This document shows positions 40,916 through 49,883 of a DNA stretch of 64,000 nucleotides, piece after piece. Below the pieces are notes generated by a model. The model saw nothing but the letters and a program-made list of their open reading frames with translations, was not told the DNA's origin and ran no database searches. Positions within the stretch are counted from its first letter, which is position 1, and every line of letters begins with the position of its first letter. The stretch spans positions 106,580,001 to 106,644,000 of the forward strand of contig NC_086097.1 in the NCBI RefSeq assembly GCF_963921235.1, read 5' to 3'. Both the position numbers and the translations under genes were made by a program. This DNA is from Mobula hypostoma. Taxonomy: Eukaryota.

Positions 40916-43148
40916 AAGTAGGCAAATTATGCTTCTTGGGCACTTTTGTTTCAAAGTTGCATCCATAATGAACTAAAGTTGTTCACAGTATTTTAAAAAG
41001 ACTGCGTTGACCTCTATCAGGAAACTAAACATAAGAACAATTTGAAATTTGAAGAAATATTTCTGGAACAACGTAAGTGATGTGCTCATCTACATGAATG
41101 TAAAGTTATTCAAGAAAAGGTCAAAAATAAAATTCAATTAAAAATGCTAAGTAAAACGGCAACATTATGAATGATTGAAATTAGATTGTTATATTTTTAA
41201 ATCAGCTTAAAAACAACTCTGAAAGAAAACTAATATGGAACCAGATATTTTAAAATGGAAATAAAATTGGCTAAATAACAGGTTTGATGGACACTCCAGC
41301 TACTGTTCTTATTCAGCTATCCATTTTGATTCTGAACCATAAGTTTTGGCTTTGTCACAGAAGTTTGAACAGTTAGCAGATTTTTAGTTGTATTTGTAAT
41401 CTTCAAAAGATTTTTCCCACAATGCTATTCAATGATAAATATTAATATTAATAGTATCAAGGATATATACACATTTGCATCTCTCATGTAACCTCTGAAA
41501 ATTTGTTTTTAAAAGGTTCAATACATGATAGCCCAATTGCATCAGTCAGAATGAAGCAGGTCTATAAAATTATAAATGAACACATTCCCCCCACCCCACT
41601 CTACCCCTTCAGGATCAGGGTCTTTATGATGAGTTTCTTCAAACCACAACAAAAAAGGAAAAAAGCAACATTTAAATTCCTCTCACAATCCAGAATTTAC
41701 TTAACGACTGACTGCGCCTTGTGATAAACCAAATGATGATCCAGCAACATGTCTTTATCCATGGTTTGGTTAATTAAAGCCTGCTTGTTTGTTGAAAAGA
41801 TGATTAATATGCCAATGAAAATTGCATAATTGAATACAACAAACTCACGGAATCATAAAAGCGCATGTGTTTTTCCCCTTATGCTTAAGCTCAGAATTCA
41901 TTCTTCTGAAATGTGGGTTATTCTAAATTATGTCCCTGCAAAAAAAATCTAAAAAATGGTTTGTGCCACCATTTTGCAGTGATTTGCACAAACAACAGTA
42001 GTGTTATCAAAAGAATGGTTGAGTTATGAGGGAGATTGAAGCAATCTTATTCTGCTGTTAGAGATACTCAGGCATTTGTAAGTGACCTTGATCTGAAAGG
42101 GCTTGGAAAAAAAACAGCAGTAATAAGCAAAGACAAAAAAAAAATCAAGTCTTGGCTGGAATGAGTTTTTTTTTCCAAGTAACAATATGTATGAAACTTA
42201 AATTTGTGCAATAGTGCATCACAGAGCTACAATTTCCAATCCTATTTAGTGCATATAACTGGTGAAGATGCAGTACAAGTCGACCAATCTTTGGTTTCCC
42301 AGATAGTGTATGTTATATGCTTGGGGGTTCAATCAATGTTGCTTTGATCTCTGCTGGAACTATAATTATTTAACATTGTTACAAGGATTTCTATAATCCA
42401 TCCTACCATTAAATCCCTTTTACACCCTCATCTTCTGAAGCATAATCTGCATCTATACGCTTGGTTTGTCTGTTTAACTTGTTTCATCAGTCACCTCCTT
42501 CCCAGAACACCCATGTTGATGTAGTTTTAATGAAACAAGGAATTGCATGTAATGAGAGGAACTCTGCAGGTTTATGCCACTGTCGAGTGAGCTGCCCTCA
42601 ATTTTTGTTCTTCAAAATTAATAAGTTCATCCACCTCTAATTCAGTCATGATTTTGGAGTACAATGATCACAAGTAACAACGCATGTTTAACATTAAATC
42701 ATAGTTAGAAATATTAAGTTTGTTTTACCAAGAATCATAATATTTTGACCTATTGAGCAGTATAAAGGCAAAAATAGACTGTCATCCCGTGAAACATTTT
42801 CTTCAGAGCAAGACAAGTTTATTTAAAAGTATGTCTTGCTGCAGTCGTTAAAATGATTCTTTTATATCACAAAACATAAAGTTCATCACATTTTGTCCTA
42901 TTTTGTGCAATTTGATATATTGATCAGATTGTCAAATTTAGATAGTCAAAAATTGCACTAACAATATACAGTAATTCAATGAAACTGCAAAAGCAATGTA
43001 AAAGATTTACATTTGTCTGTTTAAGTCTCCAGACCCATCATTGACATTTTCTTTGTAACCACCACTTTAGAAACCATAGAAACCATAGAAACTACAGCAC
43101 AGAAACAGGCCTTTTGGCCCTTCTTAGCTGTGCCGAACCATTTTCTGC

Positions 43149-44780
43149 CTAGTCCCACTGACCTGCACACAGACCATATCCCTCCATACACCTCCCATCC
43201 ATGTATCTGTCCAATTTATTCCTAAATGTTACAAAAGAACCCGCATTTACCACCTCGTCTGGCAGCTCATTCCATACTCCCACCACTCTCTGTGTGAAGA
43301 AGCCCCCCCGAATGTTCCCTTTAAACTTTTCCCCCCTCACCCTTAACCCATGTCCTCTGGTTTTTTTCTCCCCTTGCCTCAGTGGAAAAAGCCTGCTTGC
43401 ATTCACTCTTTCTATACCCATCATAATTTTATATACCTCTATCAAATCTCCCCTCATTCTTCTACGCTCCAGGGAATAAAGTCCTAATCTATTCAACCTT
43501 TCTCTGTAACTGAGTTTCTCAAGGCCCGGCAACATCCTTGTAAACCTTCTCTGTACTCTTTCAACCTTATTTATATCCTTCCTGTAATTTGGTGACCAAA
43601 ACTGAACACAATACTCCAGATTCGACCTCACCAATGCCTTATACAACCTCATCATAACATTCCAGCTCTTATACTCAATACTTCGATTAATAAAGGCCAA
43701 TGTACCAAAAGCTCTCTTTACGATCCTATCTACCTGTGACGCCACTTTTAGGGAATTTTGTATCTGTATTCCCAGATCCCTCTGTTCCACTGCACTCCTC
43801 AGTGCCTTACCATTAACCCTGTATGTTCTACGTTGGTTTGTCCTTCCAACATGCAATACCTCACACTTGTCTATATTAAACTCCATCTGCCATTTTTCAG
43901 CCCATTTTTCCAGCTGGTCCAAGTCCCTCTGCAGGCTCTGAAAACCTTCCTCACTGTCTACTACACCTCCAATCTTTGTATCATCAGCAAACTTGCTGAT
44001 CCAATTTACCACATTATCATCCAGATCATTGATATAGATGACAAATAACAATAGACCCAGCACTGATCCCTGTCGCACACCACTAGTCACAGGCCTCCAC
44101 TTAGAGAAGCAATTCTCTACCACCACTCTCTGGCTTCTTCCATCGAGCCAATGTCTAATCCAATTTACCACCTCTCCATGTATACCTAGCCACTGAATTT
44201 TCCTAACTAACCTCCCATACGGGTCCTTGTCAAAGGCCTTACTGAAGTCCATGTAGACAATATCCACTGCCTTCCCTTCATCCACTTTCCTGGTAACCTC
44301 CTCGAAAACCTCCAACAGATTGGTCAAACATGACCTACCACGCACAAAACCATGTTGACTCTCCCTAATAAGCCCCTGTCTATCCAAATGCTTGTAGATT
44401 CTGTCTCTTAGTACTCCCTCCAATAACTTACCTACAACTGACGTTAAACTCACCGGCCTATAATTTCCCGGATTACTTTTCAATCCTTTTTTAAACAACG
44501 GAACAACATGAGCCACTCTCCAATCTTCCGGCACCTCACCCGTAGACAGCGACATTTTAAATATTTCTGCCAGGGCCCCCGCAATTTCAACACTAGTCTC
44601 CTTCAAGGTCCGAGGGAACACTCTGTCAGGTCCCGGGGATTTATCCACTTTAATTTTCCTCAAGACAGCAAGCACCTCCTCCTTTTCAATCAGTACAGTT
44701 TCCATGGTCTCACTACTTGATTCCCTCAATTCCATAGATTTCATGCCAGCTTCCTTAGTAAATACAGACGCAAAAAACCT
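43149..44780 (-). CDS. CR1 ORF2, C-terminal part: reverse transcriptase
   Basis: NYRPVSL, QHGF, DFSKAFD, GVRQGSVLG, FADD; 531 open codons in the ORF track. Confidence 0.92.
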   Translation of the reverse strand, partial: RFFASVFTKEAGMKSMELRESSSETMETVLIEKEEVLAVLRKIKVDKSPGPDRVFPRTLKETSVEIAGALAEIFKMSLSTGEVPEDWRVAHVVPLFKKGLKSNPGNYRPVSLTSVVGKLLEGVLRDRIYKHLDRQGLIRESQHGFVRGRSCLTNLLEVFEEVTRKVDEGKAVDIVYMDFSKAFDKDPYGRLVRKIQWLGIHGEVVNWIRHWLDGRSQRVVVENCFSKWRPVTSGVRQGSVLGLLLFVIYINDLDDNVVNWISKFADDTKIGGVVDSEEGFQSLQRDLDQLEKWAEKWQMEFNIDKCEVLHVGRTNQRRTYRVNGKALRSAVEQRDLGIQIQNSLKVASQVDRIVKRAFGTLAFINRSIEYKSWNVMMRLYKALVRSNLEYCVQFWSPNYRKDINKVERVQRRFTRMLPGLEKLSYRERLNRLGLYSLERRRMRGDLIEVYKIMMGIERVNASRLFPLRQGEKKTRGHGLRVRGEKFKGNIRGGFFTQRVVGVWNELPDEVVNAGSFVTFRNKLDRYMDGRCMEGYGLCAGQWD

Positions 44781-46089
44781 ATTTTAAGATCTCCCCCATT
44801 TCCTTTGGTTCCGCACAAAGCCGACCACTCTGATCTTCAAGAGGACCAATTTTATCCCTTACAATCCTTTTGCTCTTAATGTACTTGTAAAAGCTCTTTG
44901 GATTATCCTTCACTTTGACTGCCAAGGCAACCTCATGTCTTCTTTTAGCCCTCCTGATTTCTTTCTTAAGTATTTTCTTACACTTCTTATACTCCTCAAG
45001 CACCTGATTTACCCCCTGTTTCCTATACAGTTCATACAACTCCCTCTTTTTCTTTATCAGAGTTGCAATATCCCTTGAGAACCAAGGTTCCTTATTCCTA
45101 TTCAATTTGCCTTTAATCCTGACAGGAACATACAAACTCTGCACTCTGAAAATTTCCCCTTTGAAGGCTTCCCACCTACCAATCACATCTTTGCCAGAGA
45201 ACAACCTGTCCCAATCCACGCTTTTTAGATCCTTTCTCATTTCTTCAAATTTGGCCTTCTTCCAGTTCAGAACCTCAACCCTAGGACCAGATCTATCCTT
45301 GTCCATGATCAAATTGAAACTAATGGTGTTATGATCACTGGAACCAAAGTGCTCCCCTACACAGACTTCCGTCACTTGCCCTAATTCGTTACCTAACAAG
45401 AGATCCAATATTGCATCCCCTCTAGTTGGTCCCTCTATATATTGATTTAGAAAACTTTCCTGATCACATTTTACAAACTCTAAACCATCTAGACCCCTAA
45501 CAGTATGGGAATCCCAATCAATGTATGGAAAATTAAAATCCCCTACCACCACAACTTTATGTTTCCTGCAGTTGCCTGCTATCTCTCTGCAGATTTGCTC
45601 TTCCAAGTCTCGTTGCCTATTGGGTGGTCTGTAATACAATCCCACTAATGTGGCCATACCTTTCCTGTTTCTCAGCTCCACCCATAAGGACTCAGTAGAC
45701 AAGCCCTCTAATCTGTCCTGCCTGAGCACTGCTGTAATATTTTCCCTAACAAGCAATGCTACTCCCCCACCTTTCATTCCTCTGCCTCGATCACATCTGA
45801 AACATCGGAACCCTGGAATATTAAGCTGCCAGTCCTGCCCCTCCTGTAGCCAAGTTTCACTAATTGCTACAACATCATAATTCCACGTGTCAATCCACGC
45901 CCTCAACTCATCCGCCTTCCCCGCAATACTCCTAGCATTGAAATATATACACCTCAGAAGATTTTTACCACCACTCACAACCTTTCTATCGGCGGATTTG
46001 CTTAAACCTTCAATATCATTTATTTTCACCTCAGCCACACTGTCAGCTCTGGCACTCTGGTTCCCATCCCCCTGCAAATCTAGTTTAAA
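44779..46089 (-). CDS. CR1 ORF2, N-terminal part: AP-like endonuclease
   Basis: YFNARS, ISETW, YYRPP, GDFNF, ILDLLL, SDHN intact; frame ends just after a +1 insertion at 44782-44785. Confidence 0.9.
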   Translation of the reverse strand, partial: FKLDLQGDGNQSARADSVAEVKINDIEGLSKSADRKVVSGGKNLLRCIYFNARSIAGKADELRAWIDTWNYDVVAISETWLQEGQDWQLNIPGFRCFRCDRGRGMKGGGVALLVRENITAVLRQDRLEGLSTESLWVELRNRKGMATLVGLYYRPPNRQRDLEEQICREIAGNCRKHKVVVVGDFNFPYIDWDSHTVRGLDGLEFVKCDQESFLNQYIEGPTRGDAILDLLLGNELGQVTEVCVGEHFGSSDHNTISFNLIMDKDRSGPRVEVLNWKKAKFEEMRKDLKSVDWDRLFSGKDVIGRWEAFKGEIFRVQSLYVPVRIKGKLNRNKEPWFSRDIATLIKKKRELYELYRKQGVNQVLEEYKKCKKILKKEIRRAKRRHEVALAVKVKDNPKSFYKYIKSKRIVRDKIGPLEDQSGRLCAEPKEMGEILK

Positions 46090-46514
46090 GCCTCCCCAAT
46101 AGCACTAACAAACTTCCCTGAAAGGATATTGGTCCCCCTGTGGTTCAAGTGTAACCCGTCTCTCTTGTACAGGTCCCACCTGCCCCAGAAGAGGTCCCAA
46201 TGATCCTGAAATCTGAAACCCTGCCCCCTACACCAGTTCCTCAGCCACTTGTTCCTCTTCCAGAGCATCCTATTCCTACCCTCACTGGCACCTAGCACAG
46301 GTAGCAATCCTGAGATTACCACCCTCGAGGTCCTGCTTTTCAACTTCCTACCAAGCTCTCTATACTCACTGTCCAGGACCTCTTCACTCTTCCTTGCTAT
46401 GTCATTGGTACCGATGTGCACCACGACATCTGGCTGGTCACCCTCCCACTTCAGAATGTCATGCAATCGATCAGAGACATCCTTGACCCTGGCACCTGGG
46501 AGGCAACAAACCAT
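46080..46514 (-). CDS. CR1 ORF1, C-terminal SGNH/GDSL esterase domain (5'-truncated)
   Basis: CLPGA, VVVHIGTNDI, DGLHLN motifs. Confidence 0.85.
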   Translation of the reverse strand: MVCCLPGARVKDVSDRLHDILKWEGDQPDVVVHIGTNDIARKSEEVLDSEYRELGRKLKSRTSRVVISGLLPVLGASEGRNRMLWKRNKWLRNWCRGQGFRFQDHWDLFWGRWDLYKRDGLHLNHRGTNILSGKFVSAIGEALN

Positions 46515-46517
46515 CCT

Positions 46518-47420
46518 TTTCTCAGTTCTAATGGAAGGTTATCAACCTGAACCAATCATTGTTTCTCATCCATTGAAGTTGCCTGGCCTACTGGGTACTT
46601 CCAATATTGCCCGCTTTCATTTCAGGTTTCCAGTATCTGTACTTTATGATTTTTGATATTCTATATCTGAGGTACATAGGTTCAGAACAGATTTTTAAAT
46701 GCCAAGACAAATTGATGAAGTGGGGATAAGAAAATACAAAAGATAAAATCATCCAGAAATACAAGGAATAAAAACAGAGATGGTGGAAACAATCAAGCAA
46801 CATTTATAGAAAGAGAAAGCAGATAAGGTTTCAGATCAAAAACCCTTCATTACATCTGAGGAAGAAAATAACAGAGAAGGTATGGTTAAAACAAAGGTAA
46901 TGTCAGTAATAGAGTGAAATGATGAACAGACATTAGATGAACAGTTCAGCTCCTTTGTCTGTGTAATATATCGCTAACGTTGTGAAATCTGGGTGATGTT
47001 GTGAAGTCTGGGTTCTGATGAAAGGGCCTTGGGCTGAAACATCAACTGTTTATTCCTGTCCATAGGTGTTGCATGTCTTGGTGAGATCCTCCAGCATTTT
47101 GTTTGTGTTACTTAAGATTTCCAGAATTGGCAGAATCTTTTGGGTATTGACGTCCATAGTGGACCCTGCTGAACAGGTCACATTACACAAATAACAAAAA
47201 CAGGTGACAGCAATGGCATCTTTAAATGGTCAATCCCTGATACAAACAAAAAGAAAGAGCAAGTTTTCTGAAGCTGGAGAATTCAATTTTGGGTCTTGAA
47301 GATTGCAATATACCCAGGCGAAAATTAAATGAGGTGTTTTTCCTCTTGATGTTACATTGGAATAACGAACTAAAGTAGCAAGAAACCAGAAGTTCAGGTC
47401 TAACTGAGCAGTTCTGAGAA
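46518..47420. mobile_element. Cluster of old Penelope-like terminal-repeat and endonuclease remnants
   Basis: Degenerate hammerhead-type segments at ~46523-46560 (+), ~46822-46858 (-) and 47011-47047 (+); FRLGILQSSRPKIEFSSFR at ~47260-47330 (-) is homologous to FHLGSLQPDGMNIDFSNF at ~60855-60910. Confidence 0.55.
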
Positions 47421-47869
47421 CCTCTACCCTCTTCTCCCCGAAGGGTGTGGCACACTTAACCAGCATATGTTCCTCGGCTGTTTTCCAGCCCAACAGTCTG
47501 CTAACTTGTCAGCATGCTAGGTGGGAAACCTGCTGAGAAATTACTGAATCTATCCTGCCTTTAATTTCCTAAGGACACGTGAGAAAATCCAAACAACATC
47601 CTCTGGGCTATGGAAAATGTGGAAAAGATATTCTTAACGATTACACCAGGAATCGGAGGTTTTATTACGAAAGTCATGGCGGCAACAGTGCATTTTGTTA
47701 CCACCTCTGCAAAGCTTAAAAGTAAAATATTTCATTTCTTTGGTTAGATCTTTTGGGGATTCATTTAGGTTCGTCAGAGCAAAAATTTGCGAGGATAAAT
47801 TTCAAACTGTTCCAGAAGGAAAAAAGGAACTACACTAAGTGCCCACTGTATCAGATACACCTTTACAAC

Positions 47870-48407
47870 TGTGACCCTCAGGCTCGGCCAGCTCATTTTC
47901 GTCCCGGGGAAGACAACTTCTGGCCCCGCCAAACTGAGAAATCTCATTTGTGTGGATGCTGCGTCATGTGTTGCCCAGTTACAAATCCACACCATAAAAT
48001 ATCAGACAGTACACCGTATGCAATTAACTGATTGAACTTTATAAATCTTAATCTGAATATAGGGTTAGTAAAGAAAATAAAAAGAAAAAGGGCCCATTTT
48101 AAGAGAAAAGTCAAAGGTGCACGTTGGAGCTCACAAACACAGCCATTCATCAACCATCGACCTCCTCCGAGCGTCACCGTCCTTCGAACCCTCACTCCCG
48201 GTCCACTCTGTCCAGTGGTCTTTCAGCTCTCTCCACATGCGGCTTCCTTCTTCTCCTCTTGCCGACCAAAGACTGTGAAAAATCTCTCTTCCAGACTCAC
48301 AAGACAGAACAACAGCATACCAAACACCGTTATCTCTAGTCATAACCCAAACATTGCTGCTACAGAGAAACCATTACATTATCAGTGAAACCTTACAGCA
48401 TGTTACA
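47870..48407 (-). mobile_element. 3' LTR of Ty3/Gypsy retrotransposon (538 bp)
   Basis: Minus strand begins TGTAACA and ends GGTCACA; directly preceded by a polypurine tract. Confidence 0.9.
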
Positions 48408-48421
48408 CTCTTCCCCCCACC
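48408..48421 (-). promoter_or_regulatory. Polypurine tract (plus-strand primer)
   Basis: GGTGGGGGGAAGAG abutting the TG of the LTR. Confidence 0.85.
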
Positions 48422-49411
48422 AAGTTTAGTCACATCCTCATGACGTTGAGATAATTCGCCAACTCTTCTTGCAAAACACAAAGCCCAATCCAGGTGTAAC
48501 AGGCAGTGACATAGCTCCTCAACACAGTAGGGGTCACACTCTGTTCCCCTGGTGCTACGTAGGCCAAACTATCCGGTGGTCTCCTAATTCTCTGAGACCT
48601 CCGCACGCACCCTCATCCAACCCTTCAGGTTCCGACACTACTGGGGATACTTCCGGTCTACCTGGTGAGGCCTCCCCCGATCTATCATTTGCGCCCACCT
48701 GCAACTCGGAGCCCTCTGTTCCATGATCAAACCTCGCTTCCTCCCCTGCAGAGTCCCGCTGCAACCCAGGCTGCCCACAGATAGCCCGCCCCCCCCCAAC
48801 TTCACCTGTCTCAATGGGACAAGGGCCGGGAGTCTCTTCCTCAATCAATGGGGAGTTAGCGAAAAGCAGCATATACCACACATCCAGGTCCTCATCCTCT
48901 GAATCAGTATCCCTTTCAGGGATGGGGGCCAGCCTAACCTCGCCTGTTGGGGGACCGGTAGTCACTCCGCGTGTCCGAAGAATCCTCTTCCTAAGTGTAG
49001 GCTCCAAGTCGGGCTCTGGGTCTACCTGCACCTCTTGACCCAGGGGCAACAGGTGGTTCCGATGGAGAATCTTGACAGGCCCAGTCCCATCTTCTGGTTT
49101 CACACAGAAAAGTGGTAGGTTTGGCATCTAACTCTCCACCACATAGGGTGCAGCCACCCAGCGGTCAGCCAACTTATGCTTTCCAGATAGCCCCAAATTC
49201 CTTATGAAGACTCTTGTCTCCCGGCAGGAGTTACGAGAACTTCATCTTTTGATCATACCTCCTCTTATTCCCTCAATTCTGCTTGGCAGCCGCAACTCCA
49301 ACTAACTCATAAGCCCTTTTCAGCTCTCTTCTTATGTCAGACACATACTTCAGATAAGTCTTCGGTAGGAAGTTACCCCTGTCAGTCCCAAAACAAAAGT
49401 CAATGAGCAAC

Positions 49412-49883
49412 ACACATCAAAGTTGCTGGTTGAACGCAGCAGGCCAAGCAGCATCTATAGGAAGAGGCGCAGTCGACGTTTCAGGCCGAGACCCTTCGTC
49501 AGGACTAACTGAAGGAAGAGTGAGTAAGGGATTTGAAAGCTGGAGGGGGAGGGGGAGATGCAAAATGATAGGAGAAGACAGGAGGGGGAGGGATAGAGCC
49601 GAGAGCTGGACAGGTGATAGGCAAAAGGGGATACGAGAGGATCATGGGACAGGAGGTCCGGGAAGAAAGACAAGGGGTGAGGGGGTTGACCCAGAGGATG
49701 GGCAAGAGGTATATTCAGAGGGACAGAGGGAGAAAAAGGAGAGTGAGAGAAAGAATGTGACGAAGGGTCTCGGCCTGAAACGTCGACTGCGCCTCTTCCT
49801 ATAGATGCTGCTTGGCCTGCTGCGTTCAACCAGCAACTTTGATTTGTGTTGCTTGAATTTCCAGCATCTGCAGAATTCCTGTT
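49412..49883 (-). mobile_element. Short Penelope-like insertion with an inverted terminal segment, inside the Gypsy integrase
   Basis: Homologous to 60379-60760; flanked by direct repeat gtcaatgagcaac (49399-49411, 49884-49896); 96-bp inverted arms. Confidence 0.88.
49471..49506 (-). ncRNA. Minimal type I hammerhead ribozyme (Penelope-associated)
   Basis: AGTC-CTGACGA-A-GGGT(CTCG)GCCT-GAAAC-GTC-GACT: core CUGANGA and GAAA, GUC cleavage triplet, stem I AGTC/GACT, palindromic ACGT in place of stem III. Confidence 0.75.

Larger units (their letters stand above)
43069..46517 (-). mobile_element. Young CR1 LINE, 5'-truncated within ORF1
   Basis: ORF1 esterase end, APE and RT all present; 3' tail of (TTTCTATGG)n at 43069-43093. 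Confidence 0.97.
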
